64,000 bases of DNA, taken from NCBI RefSeq assembly GCF_009914755.1, contig NC_060932.1; one strand, given 5' to 3'. Origin of the DNA: the human T2T-CHM13v2.0 reference genome, Homo sapiens. The notes under the pieces are model-generated. The model ran no database searches. It saw only the letters and a program-made list of their open reading frames with translations, and had not been told where the DNA came from. Position numbers and translations under genes: made by a program. Positions 44,721 to 61,789 of this stretch are shown here, one piece after another (position 1 is the first letter of the stretch; every line of letters begins with the position of its first letter).

Positions 44721-46869
44721 GAACACATGGACACAGGAAGGGGAACATCACACTCTGGGGACTGTTGTGGGGTGGGGGGAGCGGGGAGGGATAGCTTTAG
44801 GAGATATACCTAATGCTAAATGATGAGTTAATGGGTGCAGCACACCAGCATGGCACATGTATATGTATGTAACTAACCTGCACGTTGTGCACATGTACCC
44901 TAAAACAAAGTATAATAAAAAAGTTAAAAAAATTTAAATATTCTTGTTATACTGCACCTTTACACCTTAATCACAATTATTTAGCACAGCTCAATACCAT
45001 CTTCTAAACTCTTCAGAAATAAGCTGCTTCTCAGTTTCCTGAATATGTTGTATATGTGTGTTTAATTTTGTTGCTGTGTGCTAGTGTGTGGTCATTCGTA
45101 TTGTGGTTTCACAGCAGCAGACTTTGTACTGATTATCTACACTATTATAATTATGTATGATTCCATAAAGCTCAAACCACTGGACCAGAAAAAATAGTAA
45201 ACCATTAGTCCTGGCCTTATGAACCGTATTCATTTTTTCATGCTAAAATTTTACTAGTTTTCAACATTTTATTCTGTTTAAAAAAAACTTTTTATAATGT
45301 TACTTTTTCGCATTTTATTCCATATAGTAGCTAAAATTTAAGATTATACTTCATGAACAAAAACATTCTATTGGGCATCCAGAGGTGTTACTAATATTTG
45401 CTCTGCTTGGGTCTTGTGCATTTATAATTCTATCACTTCAAACACTTCATCTCCTACTTGAAGCTGATTAAATCAAGGCTCTGCTAAAAGTGAATGTGTT
45501 GATTGTAGCCAAGGATCACATTTTCAGTGACTTTCTCTCAGCCTACTTTCCAATATTAAATCTTTTTGACCCTTAGCAATATATTCCTTTTTCAGAAACT
45601 TAAGATTTCTGTTTGCTTATTACAACAGGCGTCTCTGAAAAGGAATTCAAAATGTCACATTTTTATATATTCCTAAACTAGGTTCTATCTGTAAGAATTA
45701 ATACCATAGTTTTATATAATAAAACCATGATAAATGTTTCCCATATTCTATTTCTCATCTTATATTGCTATTAACATTTCTAATATACGTATTTTTCATT
45801 CTTATGGTTTCCTCATATGCTGGTTCACTGGTTTTTATTACATGCTCTATAAAAAATATTATCAAAAAACTGCTTGTGTTTCTAATATTTTAGTTTTTAT
45901 GGAAAATGAATTAATTCTTTTTGTTTTTAGAATGATCTCCAAGAGCTCCTACTGCTTTCTAACCTATTTAAATGGGTTCTTTCCCTGAACAGCTGGAAAT
46001 TTTCCTGTAAGAGGAGTTGAAGTATGTAGGCTATTAAAAATAAAGGTGGGTGGGTCTCCGCTCCAAATGTGCAGGGCATGTCCTTGGCCCCATAGGCTAC
46101 TGTGAAGCCCTGACTGACAATATCACCTGAGGCAACATTTATTGTGTATGTAGTATTTGCCAAGTACCATCATAAGCAGTTTTATTTATTAATTTATTCA
46201 ACTATCTGAGTTAGAAAACACCAATAGTCTCAATTGACTGAGGAGTTGACAGAGGTACAGAGAAGTGCAATATTTGAACACTGCCACACACCTTGTGCGT
46301 GATACAGCTGTGACTCCAACTAGGCAGCCTTGCTCTAAAGCTTACGTTACTACGTTATGACCCACTGTGTGTATGTGAGGAGTGTGTGTGTGTGATTTCC
46401 AGGTGACAAAGATTGGAAGCTATAGGTTTAGTTGGCACTCCTACTCTCTTTTCCTTTGTGCAATATGGATAACCTATCTCTTTTAGAAAAAGAAGAAAAT
46501 AATAGAGAGAGAGAGTTAAGAAGAGTCATATGGAAGGTAACAAAGGCTTAAAAATATTCAAGTAAAATAAAAGATATATGAGACTAAAAGAAGCAAGCTT
46601 AAAGTATAGAGAATTTGTGCCCTGAAAAACATGGCTTAAAATAAATAGAGTTGAATCATTCAAGAAGACTTTCTTACAGTGAACTTGAAACTTTAAAACA
46701 ATGAGACGTATCCTGATAAAACACTGGACTTTCAGAACAGGGAAAAAATTATATTCATCTGGGCAAAAACAATCAAGTCATTCATAAAAATAAAATTGAG
46801 CCTCCCTTTCAATTACTTCCAGAGCAGCATTCTAAGCTAGAAGGCAGAGGAGAGATTCTCACTAGGTGC

Positions 46870-47745
46870 TCTTGGATTCAAACGTTCTGCTGGGCCTTCT
46901 CCTTGGGCTGGTGGGGGCTGCAAGGCAGTGGGGGCTGTGCATGGAGCTCACTGAGGGAGTCCCCTGCTGGAAGCCTACAGACTTTCAGTTATAAGACTGG
47001 CAGTGATATGCTGTTTGCTCACAAAGCCTATCTTGTTCTTTTCATCTAGTTTTCTCCACTTGTGCTTATTTAATCTTCTTTTAATCACCTTTCTGTTTCT
47101 TCTTGCCTACAGTCATCATCCTTCCCATTTTCAGCTGCCTGTTTGGCCACAACTGTCTTAAATCTCAGGTTCACGACCCTCCTCCCTACAAAATCGGCCA
47201 CTTCCTCCTCCTGTTTCTCACCAGCTCCTTCCTCTGCCCAGTCTGCCTGGATTTCAGTTTCTTGTTCCAGGTTTTTCTTTCAACCAGTCCCATTATCTGG
47301 TGCATTTCTTTGTTTCGTCTTCTGATCCCCTACTTCCTCTACTTACACACTTTGTGGAGACCTAGGCGTGATGACTAAAGTTTTAATGTGTTAATATATA
47401 TGATGGAAACTTGATCTCCAAGGCAACTGTATTAGGAGATGGGACCTTAAAGAGCTGATAAGGTCATGAGGGCTCTGCCCTTATGAATGGATTAATGTCC
47501 TTATTATTGCAGCAGTGAGCTCCTGACAAGAATGATGACTTTGGCCTTCTTCCTCTCTCTTTGTGTGTTCTCTTGCCATGTGATGCCTTCCATCAGATGT
47601 GGGCCCCTCAACCTTGGACCTCCCAGTCTCTGGAATGATGAGAAATAAATCTGTTCTTTATAAATTACCCAGTCTTAGGTAATCTGTTATAGCAGCATAA
47701 AACAGACTAAGACAGTGACTAAGGGACTGTCTGGCAAGGTATGGT
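46870..47745 (-). pseudogene. Highly diverged prothymosin-alpha (PTMA)-like processed pseudogene, interrupted by an MST LTR
   Basis: Minus-strand translation EEVGDQKTKQRNAPDNGTG*KKNLEQETEIQAD..EEGAGEKQEEE..AKQAAENGKDDD/VGKKKQKGD is collinear with PTMA (RDAPANG, NGEQE, GKRAAEDDEDDD, TKKQKTD); the start region acc-ttg-cca-gac..tta-gtc-ac lies beyond the LTR (47715-47740). Confidence 0.65.
47372..47714 (+). mobile_element. Solo MaLR LTR (MSTC/MSTD-like)
   Basis: Ends aaattacccagtcttaggtaatctgttatagcagcataaaacagactaagaca; GTGA on both flanks. Confidence 0.82.
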
Positions 47746-48763
47746 ATACCAGTGATCCAAAAGCAATGCATTAACATGAGTATCAAGGTCTAAAGGCTCA
47801 GGCTAAAATAAACAGTAGTGATTGGAGAGGATTGGATAGAATTTAAAAGGAAGAGACTAAGGTGCAAACATGAAGTCAACAGTATTATACAAGTAGGAAA
47901 AAATAGTGGCATTGATTTGAAGAGATATTATAAGAATGAAGAGTGTTTTTATGATGTAGAAATAATATTAGAGTCTTAAATAATTTTGAAATTATTTTTG
48001 ACTGGATGGCTTATATCTTAATTTAACCTCAACCCTTAAAATGGGCTGAGCCTTATGCATAGGATATTTTTTAATTGTAATTTTGGAAGTTATCATCTAG
48101 GACTTTTAGATATAACCTATGCATCCATATGTATCTTCTGACAAAATAATTACCCTACATCTGGTTCTAGAATGCATTTGAACCCAAGGGTTGGTCTTTT
48201 TGTGAAGTAGCCCCAAGGAAGACTGAGATAGGATGAAATGTTGTCCAAAGTGAGCCAGACTTTTTGGAACCTGTGATAAACCAGGAATTCTGGCTTGAGA
48301 AAAATACATTATAACTGCTGGAGAACTCTCTTGGCAGTGACGCCAACGAGTTAAAGACATTTACAAAAAACTCTACTAAAATTGCTAACAGAGATTTTGC
48401 TTTTATTATCCTCTGTGGATAGCCAGATTTCTAATGAATTATATGGCAGTTTTGATGCATAAAGGAGGCTAATGCCATGAACATAAGTAATTGGGAAATA
48501 CTGCTTAGTAGAATAATCTACATTTTTAACGCTGTTGATGTGAATCTGGATGAAAAGAAAAAGTAATTCATGTGCCAGAGCAGAGCAGGGCCAGGGAGCT
48601 CAGATCTAGGATGTCTCTGTGGATTTAGGGGTGAGAATCAAGAGAGGGGTAACCTCACCTGAAACAGGACAGGAAGGTTGAAGAATCTCATGTTGTGGAC
48701 TGTCTACCAGCTTGAGGTCTATCTTGGGCCTCGCTTTGCTTGTTCCTTGCCAACATAGTGCAG

Positions 48764-49165
48764 TACATCATAAGTTTTGATGTTTATCCCCTCCAAATCT
48801 CACGTTGAAATGTGATCCCAATGTCGGGGGTAAGGCTTAGTGGAAGTGTTTGAGTCATGGGGACAGATACCTCATGCATGGCTTGGTCCCCTTCCCATGG
48901 AGATGAGTCAGTTCTCCATTCGTCCACATGACAATTGGTTGTTTAAAAAGAGCCTGGCATATCCTTTCTTGCCATGTGACAGGCTTGCTCCCTCTTCACC
49001 TTCTGCCATGATTGGAAGCTTCCTGAGGCCCTCAGAAGAAGAAGATGTTGATGCCATGCTTTTTGTACAGGCTGCAGAACTGTGAGCAAACATAAAACTT
49101 TTTTCTCTATAAATTACCCAGCTTCAGGTATTTCTTTATAGCAACTTAAAAAGGGGTTTAAAAAG
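48764..49165 (+). mobile_element. Solo MaLR LTR (MSTB-like)
   Basis: cccctccaaatctcacgttgaaatgtgatccc..tgggtcat-like core..aaattacccagcttcaggtatttctttatagcaa; ends approximate. Confidence 0.8.
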
Positions 49166-49595
49166 TGCACCTTAAACAGGACCCATGTGTCATCTGGTAC
49201 TATCAACATCCTCTGGAGTCAGAAAGACTTTAATGTGGTAGTATAATCCCCTAATCTAGGGGATGATTAATTGTCCAAGCTTGCCTCAAGAATGACAAAG
49301 ATATCCTCTTTCCACTAGCCATCAGGTAGTATTCAAGGTAGAAATATATATGCTAATATTACTGCATTGGAGCTTGAAGAGATCTGCACTATTACATAGG
49401 TACAATTCTTGCAAAGGGCAAGATGGACTCTCACAGCAGCAGCTCCTGAGTCAAAGGTAGTTTACTCTCACCGTTCCAATACAATAAACAGATACGAGGG
49501 AGGGGAAGCCTAGGCTGATGTTACATTGCATTGTCATGAAAGGCCCTCCAAGATGACGAAGATAAATACTGGGTATCATTGATTATGGAAAATTA

Positions 49596-49964
<369 letters not shown>

Positions 49965-50077
49965 AAAGAAACATAATGAGATTAATCAGCTCCACATTAA
50001 AATAAAGAGTTGGTAAAATAGGATACAGAAAGGAAAAAAGAAAAATATTGTGAGAGTTGGATTTTTCATGTTAGTAG

Positions 50078-50416
<339 letters not shown>

Positions 50417-50974
50417 GGAAAATATTTTTTAAACCATCTCCGAGATGTGTTTCTTTTTCCTGATGTTTGAGAAATATGATTTCCAAATTAATTGCAATCA
50501 ATTTGAATATGTTTTCAGCCTTTGGAAGAATGTTTTCTTGCAACAACATTTCTTCTATATTGAACTAATTTATAAGTGCATTCTGCAGTCAATTATGCAC
50601 TCAATTTATCTCTGTTATTAGCTTACTAGGCCTTTGAGGATAGAGACCATATTTTAAATATACATGTATTGGCCATGATGTTCATAAAGTGCTTTGAATT
50701 TATGAGTGCAATTCAGAATTATTTTATTATATTGGACTGGATTTTAACAACTTGATTCTATAATATAAATTTAATATAGGACATGTTTGGGGAAGAAAAT
50801 GATAATATTTATGTATCAATTTTGACTAATGTAAATCACTGTGGATCATCTATAATTGAAATACAAAACAAGCTCTAGGCATCAGTAGTGTTTTCTGTAG
50901 GTGAAACATCAGTAAATATTTAATAACTAAATCCTGAGATGCTTAACATTTGAACTACCAGGGATAATAAGAAT

Positions 50975-51240
<266 letters not shown>

Positions 51241-51865
51241 CTATTAATTCAGACTATTGGAACTAGTTGTTCCAGTGAAATACTGTATTGTTGCAAGACC
51301 ATGCAATTTTTTATCATGCTTCTACCAACTCTATATTGTAAATCATCAAAAGTTCTCTTGGCTGTATTTTAGGATAGGGGATTCTATAAAATCTTTGGCT
51401 TGGGCCCTGTTGAGTGTTTGCATGTTTCTACAAGCCATATGCTTTGTCTCTACCCATTTTATACAGCCTTGTAAGAAGCTACTGTGTGTGGTTATCCAAA
51501 TTTTAAGAGCCAATGTAAAGCACGTAGCAGAGTTTCATTTGGAAATATTCCTATAGAACATTGTTATGGCTCTTTCTACTTGAGAAAATAGGAGAAGAAA
51601 TTTATTTTAGGGATCAGAGAGTGATTATGTTTTGGCCTAAACTCTAACCTGAAATGTATTATTTTGTATGCATCAGTTCACCCCAGCCATAGAAATGATT
51701 TCATTTTGGTTATTACCTCCACACTATCTTTCACAGTAAGATAGAGTGGTTGAGAAAATAATTTTAAACTACCCATTCCTCTCCCTGTATATCTTAAAAG
51801 AGAAGAAACTAGTGAAAATCTTTGACAGCCCTAATTGGAAGAGGGATCAATTAATAAAGGATACT

Positions 51866-51875
51866 CTGTGTGTAC

Positions 51876-51915
<40 letters not shown>

Positions 51916-51940
51916 AAGAAAAAGAGACAGAGACAGAGAG
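51866..51940. repeat. (GT)n(GA)n compound microsatellite
   Basis: Seen directly. Confidence 0.9.
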
Positions 51941-52119
51941 ACCATATGAACGATAATACCATCATTCTACTGTCCTCCTATTTTTTTCCTGTCCTCAACC
52001 CTGTGACTCAGCACAATGATGAAAACATAACAGATGTATAGCAAATATCTTTTCATTTATAGAATCAACAGAAGCATTGTTTACATGCAACTCAGAACTA
52101 GCAAGACACCCTCTTTTTA

Positions 52120-52419
<300 letters not shown>

Positions 52420-54396
52420 GGTATCCTCTTTTTAAATATGACCATCAAATCTTAACTTTTAGTCAAACTAAGGTCTTGAATGAATTGGATTGATAAAATT
52501 ATGGTGTTTTATTTCTTGTAGTTGTTGTTCTTTTAATTGGTTTTATTTTCTTCTTCTTATATTGGGCATTTAGTTCCTCTTGATCTATGGAAGGGTTTTT
52601 GGTATGGTTTTGTTTGATTTTTAGGCAGTCTTACAAATGAAAAAGATTAAATATAGTTCATGAGTTGGTTTTATCTCATCTGCTATTTCATCTTAAATGG
52701 AATAACAGTCAGAGTTCCATTGAAAATGTAAGGCAGATGTGCTCTGGATAAATAAGTGGCATAAGATTGTTGCTGGTGTTTTCTACAACCGATGTAAGGA
52801 CACAGTGGCCATCACCACCCCCAGAGTGCCAAGCCTGCTGTTCGTCACCATCTTCATGGTTCCCCGCTATGGGTTAGTCATTTAAGGAGTGCAATGACTC
52901 ATAGCTCAGTGCCCTGAACTCCAGGGCAAGCACCTCAAAAATATAGTAGCAGACAAATCGATGACAGTATTTTGTCCTTTGTGTCTTCTTAAAAAGCATG
53001 TTTTCTTTAACTCACTTACTGAGGTTTTATTATCTATTTTTCTATATAAGTATGATTAAGCTTCTAATTTTTTGCAATTTTAGTGCTCCATTAAAAGTAC
53101 TATAAAAATTCAGCTCAACTCACTAATTTTCGACCTCATATTTTACAGACAACTTGACCATTCACCTGGGAAATTCATTACACTTTGCAAGACATCTCAA
53201 ATAACAATTACAGTGCTTACCTGGGTATCACTATTAGACCAAATATACACTGATAACTTCTCACTCTACAAATAAATTTATGCAAAATTGTTTCTTCTAT
53301 CTACTTTTAGGACTATAGAGAAAACACCTTTAAAATTAGATTATTTATTTAAAAAATTGATTATTATAATAATATACTTAAGTATATCTTTGTTTTTTGC
53401 TTAAGTTGAATAATTAGTTTCATCAATCTAATTCTTCACTAGATTTTAAACAGAAGACCTGCACCAAAAATACTACCACCAAAACGTTTTGATGAAGAAA
53501 CACATAAGAGGAGGATGGAAGGAGAAAATGGCAAAGAGAAAATGGAAGGGAGAGAACTAAAAGGAAGGGAGGGAGAGAGAGAAAAATACAGGAAAGTATC
53601 TTGAAACAATTTTACATTCGTTTTGGTGTTATGTGACACAATTCCAGAAATAAGGATGTAACAATCTGGATTAGAATGCTCTAACCTCTTTAAAGAATGC
53701 CAGGCATCTAGTTGGTGTGCAATAAACATTTATCAAATGAACAGCTATGTATTATAGTAAACCTTCTATTGACTATAAACAATTACAGGTGAATCTGTAC
53801 AAATTCACCCACAGGAGGGAAATTTTTGGCATTAGATCAGACCTCATGCTACCCACCAGTAATGCTCCGTTTCTCACTCCTCCCACCACCATCTTCCACA
53901 AGCACCATACCCAAAATGGAAGATTTTACCTTCTTCAGCGGAGAAAAAAGGAAGTCATTTCAGAAATCACATTCATTGGGGTATATATGATAAAAGTTAC
54001 TCTGCTGGGCATTTTCTGTGCCTTCTTTGATTCAAAGGCCATTGGAGCACAGTGAGATAAAGGTTATCATTCTCATTTTACAGATGAAAAATGGCTGTGA
54101 AAGGCCTACTTTCCTCACCTTAGGAGAGCCACACCGCTAACTTGTGGAGGAAATTTAACTTCAGTCAAGGCCTCTGTATTTCCAAAGTCTCCTCTCCTTG
54201 CACTCTGCCATGATATCTCCACATAACATAAGTGTTCTCTTTTTATATCCCACAGTGGGTAATGTCTACTTTGATGATTGTTTATGCTTAATAAATGTTT
54301 GTTAAACAACACGATAACTTCTTGTGTAAGAGTTGTGAAATACAGATTTTTCTTAACTTCTGTAAATTTTATACATAGAAAAATTAGATCTACAAC

Positions 54397-54691
54397 TTTT
54401 TTTTTTTTTTGAGACAGAGTCTTGCACTGTTGCCTGGGCTGGAGTGCAATGGCGAGATCTCAGCTCCCAGCAACCTCCGTCTCCCGGATTGACGCAATTA
54501 TCCTGCCTCAGCCTCCCAAGTAGCTAGGATTACAGGCACACACCACCAAACCCGGCTAATTTTTTATATTTTTAGTAGAGACAAGGTTTCACTATGTTGG
54601 CCAGACTGGTCTCGAACTACTGACCTCATGATCTGCCCGCCTCGGCCTCCCAAAGTGCTGGGATTACAGGTGTGAGCCACCACACCTGGTC
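54397..54691 (-). mobile_element. AluS
   Basis: Antisense Alu; TSD tagatct(a/g)caacttt. Confidence 0.93.
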
Positions 54692-54723
54692 TAGATCTGC
54701 AACTTTCTAAGTGATTTTAAGTA

Positions 54724-55029
54724 TAGTCTGCCCTCTCTGTCCACGAAATCCATGAATTCAACCAACCATGAATTGAAAATATTCAGAAAAAGAAATAAAA
54801 AGTAAGAATACAACAATAAAAATACAAATAAAAATAACTATTTACATAGCATTTACGTTGTATTAGATATTATAAAAAATCTAGAGATAATTTAGTGTAT
54901 AGAGGATGATGTGCATAGGTTGTATGCAAAGATTATATTATTTTATAGAAAGCACTTGTGCATCACCAGATTCAAGTATTCAAAATGGTGTCCTGGAACC
55001 AATCCCCTGTGGATTCCAAGGAAAGGCTG
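54724..55029 (-). mobile_element. MER2 (TcMar-Tigger non-autonomous element)
   Basis: Degenerate TIRs tagtctgccctc / gaaaggctg flanked by TA; internal cctggaaccaatcccc and aactatttacatagcattt. Confidence 0.8.
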
Positions 55030-55744
55030 TAAATTATTTAAATTGATGTATCAAAATGAAGAAGTCTGTATAGTTATGGATATAAAGTTTTAATGTTCCA
55101 GAAGTTAGATATTCAAAAAGAATTAGAGTAAAATACTCAGGTTGTCATATATATATATGTGTGTATATATGTATATGTATACATATATAAAATGTTTGTG
55201 TGTATATATATACACACAAACACACACATACACATGTATACATGTATATACAATATATACACACATACACATATACAGAGAGAGAGAAAATTCAATTGTT
55301 TGCAGTAGTTATTTGCAAAAACATTATTTTAAATGTCTTAAATATCCTAGGATTTTCTTAGATTTCCAGAAAACATTGCTATTTTTCATATATAGAAATT
55401 TGTGAGCTTCTTATAAGTATCTCAAATCCTTTGCTATATAAAAATTAGATAATTTAGTATTTAGAAAAGTAAAACTCCTGGTTTCAGAAAGGATGTGATT
55501 AAAATAAACAGTGAGCATATGATAGGTAATGTTTGAATCATGTGATAGTAAGAGACAGAAGATAAGCCCCTTATATGTTATCTATAATTCCCAGTGCTCC
55601 TCCTGTTTACTATGAAAAAAATCAACATATTGTAATCCACAAAAGCATCAAAATATCCTTCCTAAAGGGAGATGTGAGGTGTCAAGTGCATCTGTGTCAC
55701 TGATAACTTGGATTTGAGAAAATAATATAATTTTCTGAAGTATT

Positions 55745-56300
55745 GTATTGAAGTTGTCCAGGGAGACAGAATCAATAGGAACACGCACTCACATATGCAC
55801 CCACACACACAGAGAGAAAGAGACAGACAGAGAGAGAGGGAGAAAGAAAGAGAGATATTAATTATAGGAATTGGCTTAGTTGACTACGGAGGCTGAAAAG
55901 TCCCACAATCTGCCATTTGCAAGCTGGAGAACCAGAAAAGCCGGAAAGCCAGTGATACAATGCACTCCAAGTTCAAACAAAGTCCTGAGAGCGGGCAGGC
56001 ACTAGGGTGATGGTGTAAGTCCTGGAGTCCCAAAGGCCCCAGAACGAGGAACACCAATGTCCGAAGCAGGAGATGATGTCCCAGCTCAGAAGAGAGAGGG
56101 AGAATCCTCCTGCCTCCATCTTTTGGTCCTATTTGAGTCCTCAAGGGATTAAATGCTGTCTGCCCACAGACTGTCTTTATTCAGTCTACTGATCTAAATG
56201 CTAACCTCTTATGGAAAAATCCTTACCCTGAAATAATGACTTTCCAGCTCTCTGGTCAACCTTAGCCCAGCCAAATCAACACATGAAATTAACCCTCACA
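55745..56300 (-). mobile_element. Solo MLT2 LTR (ERVL)
   Basis: tccagggagacagaatcaatagga..ggaggctgaaaagtcccacaatctgcc..aaattaaccctcaca, with the internal (GA)n typical of MLT2. Confidence 0.8.
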
Positions 56301-56475
56301 AATACTGTACTCTCCATGCTTGTGCAGTTTCTAATTTAGCCTTATACTCTTAAGTGGAGCTGCTGGTCAGGATAGGATGAATTGGAGGACCTTACTTGCC
56401 AATGGGGAAAGAAATGCTACCCAAGATTCTGTGGAATAATATTATTTTCCCAGGGAGGATTAGATAATATGTTAG

Positions 56476-57674
<1,199 letters not shown>

Positions 57675-60664
57675 TTAGGGACTTGGGAAAAAACAAACAA
57701 ACAAAAAAACCAGAATTATTTCTAGGGGATTAATTTCAATTCTTCAATTAGCAATATGTTACCTAAAAACTTGATACAGTGACACATCATACACAAGTGC
57801 ATATTTTCTTCAACTGACTCTATGCATGTGCATGTAAATAATAATAAATTTAGTTCCAGTGAAATTCTAATAATGAGAATGAACAAGTCAATTATAATTT
57901 ATTTTGTTGGGGTGACAGGGAAACATGTCCGTAGAAACACATTACTTATTAGCAAAATATTTAAAGAAGCTCATTTGTGGTTCCATAGAGCTTGAATAGG
58001 AGCCTCAGAGATACCCAGGCTCTCAGTCCTTCAATCCCACTGTTCTGGCAGGCTGGCTTTCTTTTAGCCTTCAGTTTGTTGCTTCATTATCTCATGATGG
58101 CTGTCACAGATCCAGGCATCACTTCTTTATAACGCTGATGTGAAAAGTAGGAGACATAGAAGTTACAAAGAATGCTCTTGACGTGTTTACTTCCATTGAC
58201 CCAAACTGGGTAGCTAGTTGTCGCTAGCTGCAAAAAATGATTTAGAAACTCAAAGTTTATCATGTTTATTTGTTATGATGGAAGGCAGATTAAAACAAAA
58301 AGCAAGGCTATGTAATAGAAGTTGGGTAGCCTTTCTAAGATTTTAGTCCAATGAAGAAATGGGATTAGCAGGACAAAATGAGGGAAGAGGGGGAAAAGAG
58401 TAACAGAAAATGAGGAGAAGAAAGGTATGATTATATGAAAAGAAATACATGTTACAATTTTTAAAGTTACAAATATATCTCATGCCATTTCTAGAGCAAT
58501 CCTTGTTTTTTATTTATTTTATCATTTAATATAGAACTGTAATTAAGATGCTCAAAAATTTTATATTCATAGGTATAAACTATTGAAAATTATTTAAACT
58601 AAGGAACTTTAAGGAATGAGAAAGGCACATAGTTGTTGAGTATCACATGATTTTTGATTTTTGTTTTATCCCTGCCTTGAGGGTTCTTATTTGAAACAAC
58701 TGCCCCAATATTGAAACATCTAATAGGTAAAGGCTGAGTCCAAGCATAGATATGGATCCAGTTCCTGAGGGTTTTCATTTCTTAGCAATATGCCTTGCTG
58801 TCTTGCATCTGGGTACACATTCGTGAGTTCTCTTTGCAGTTTAATGTTATCCATTTGGCTTCATAAATTGCTAGGACAATCAGCCCTTTGCCTCTACCCT
58901 CTAAAATTGTAGGTGAGATATACACATAGCTGCAATCCCAGCATCCACTTGACATCAGTTTTACCAGCCACTTGCCACCACCTAAAAACGATGGCCAATG
59001 CATAGCCAGGATGAGGACCTCCAGGACATTTCCACTTACTCAAGTCCCCATTTGAGCATCAACTATGTAATAACAACTACCACTATCAATTCTGTTAGAC
59101 AACTCTATTTCAGATACAAATGAGTGAAATGCACCTTCAGAGCACTCACACACAAAAAAGAATTTTATTGACTCATTAAATAAGGAAGTTCAAGCTGTGA
59201 ATTTTCAGGAATTTACAGTTTCAAATAATATAACCAGGAATCTGAATTTCTTTATTCATTCTGCATTCTGTATTGGATTATTCTCAAATTAACTATCCTT
59301 TGAAACAAAAAAGGACAATAGTGTCTATTGGCTCCTATTGTCTTTCCAATCACCTTTTTCTTATTATCCCACAGAAGCCGTAGACATGTCTTCCAATTTT
59401 CCTCTCTAGGTTGTATGATGAACATCAAACCAATGACCTAGTCCAACATTATGGTCTCATCTTTGTGGCCAGCACTGGGTTATGTGCCTCTCCATATATA
59501 GCATGGATATAGGGATTTTCTAATAAACCACAAAGGAAAGTGTCTTCAATAGGAAATATGTATTCTCCTATCAAAATACATGGAAAAGGAAAAGCGAGAT
59601 GAATCGATAAAAACAACAGCAGCTATATTCACCAAACTTCAAAAAGTGTTAAGATAAGGTGAAATGTATACAGATTCTCGGAGTAAAAATATATATAAAT
59701 GTTGTAAAGTTATTGATACTGTGTTGTGTCTTCCTTTATCTGTGATCTTATTGAGACTCAGTGGCAAAAACACAAAACAATAAAGAATGCTCTTGAAAAA
59801 CAGTTTTTAACTGTCAGTCTGTGGCAGCTGTTTAAATTAATAGACCTACAAGATGTTTTATAAAGATAAGCCAGTCCATGCCACATAGAGTTATAGACTT
59901 CATTTAGCACTATTGAACTCTATAGCCAATAAAAATGAAAGATCATCCTGGAAACTATATATAAATGACAGATTTTTCTGAAGGGTCTGTGAGTGCGTGT
60001 GTCTGCATGTCTATATGAAGTGTTCAAGTGTCAGAGACTATAGAAAGGTATCCCTAAAGAATAACTTTTCATTAAATATTTGGTTCCACATATAAATGGC
60101 GAGTGTTGTAAGGGAATCAATACATTCATTTAAAGTCATCTGTTAAATTATAACAACTAAAGTTGTACCTATTATCCAGGGGAAGATCAATTTCCAGAAA
60201 TACAATCAAGAACAAGTTAACACATTCCTAGTTCTGAAATAACACTCTTATCTAGTCTGTCTAATAGCTTTCAATGTTGTATTTAAGAAAATCAAGAGGT
60301 TTTTAAAGAAAGATTTTTTTTCCATATCAAATATACTACCTTCCATTCAAAATGGTTTTTGAGATACACATTTTTAGCACCGTTCTCTCTCAAAGTTCTA
60401 TTGAAATAAATGACTACATAAAAAAATAAAATTTAATTTATTTCACCATTTTAAAACTAGGAGGAGTGCCACCAGAAGACCTGAGCAGTGAGGAATTAAT
60501 GGACCCAATAAAGCAGGCAAGAGAGAAAGGACATAAAAATATGTTCACATTCAAGTAGAGCCTGGAAATAGAACTGAGGCAGGAAGCAACAGAGAGGAGG
60601 AGAGCTCAGGGAGAAGTCAGCTATGCACGGCTGGCCAGCAGCTAATAAGAAGGGGCAAATTGAA

Positions 60665-61045
60665 AGTATGTCACGTTTTGTGGAAGGCATAAAGATGGGA
60701 TCATTATCCTGCGTTATTCATATGGGCCCAATATGATTATGTGCTCTTACAATGAAAGGATGAAGTCCAGGGAGTCGCGCAGATCAAATTATAAAAGCCT
60801 AAGTTGGAATGATGTGGCCATGAATTCAGGCAGCCTCCAGAAACTGGAAAGGGCAGGAACAGAATTGCCTCCCGAGCTCACAGAAGCAACACCGCTCTGC
60901 AAACACCTTGACTTTAGCTCCACAAAATCCGTTTCAGACATCTGACCTCCAGAACTGTAAGACTGGAAAAGATAATAAATTCTGTGTTGTTTTAAGCTAC
61001 TAAATTTGTAATGATTTCTTAGATCAGCAATAGTAAGCTAATACG
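60665..61045 (+). mobile_element. MLT1C/D-like LTR
   Basis: caggcagcctccagaaactggaaagggcaggaacag..tctgacctccagaactgtaaga..cagcaatagtaagctaatac. Confidence 0.78.
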
Positions 61046-61789
61046 AATCTCGACAACAAAAAAGAGTTATCAGTATTTGTACTTGAGCAACAAAAAACAG
61101 GCTTAAGTTGGAGTTCTAATTCTGGAAAGCTCCATATGGTTGTGTTTTTATTGTTTAGATCAGAGAAGCAGAATAGTGTTCTACTTATTTTACGGCCATA
61201 TGGGGGCATGCCCCTACCAAACATATCATCCTACTGTGGACATCCTGACTTGGCTGAAGTCCAGTCCTCCCACATAATCACTAGAGTGCAACATGGACAC
61301 CAGGGCCCTGCATATATCACAAGAAAACAAAAATGTCTCATCTGGGTGTAGAAAATATGCCCATATAAAAAAAGTTTATTTTCTTAAAAGTATAGATTGA
61401 ACAGAGTCTATATTCTAGACTTTTACATGTAAATATAAATAATCATACCAAACAATATCTGCAGAACACAAACAAAATATAAGGGAGACACTAAATCCAA
61501 TGAACATTACATATTTTTCAAAAACAGAATTAGTACAGGAGAAAATGAAAAAAATAAAGTTTTCTTAATACCCAACTAAATTGCACTTGATAATGTTTAT
61601 AGTTCTACTTCCTTTCTCCTAGAGTTCTCTTTTACCTAATCTTGACATGGAAAGCTGTCTCATTTAATGTGGGTTTGAAATATTACTTCTCAGAGACAAT
61701 TTCCTGAACACATTAAAAACAAAAACCCTCTTGTTTATTGTTTTCTCTTCCTTTTCTTTATATTTTTTCTTAAAATTTATTATTCCCCT

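Noticed and set aside
55142-55405. Tyr/Ile/His-rich ORF (similar at 27971 and 51746)
   Set aside because: Translations of (TA/TG/CA)n low-complexity tracts.
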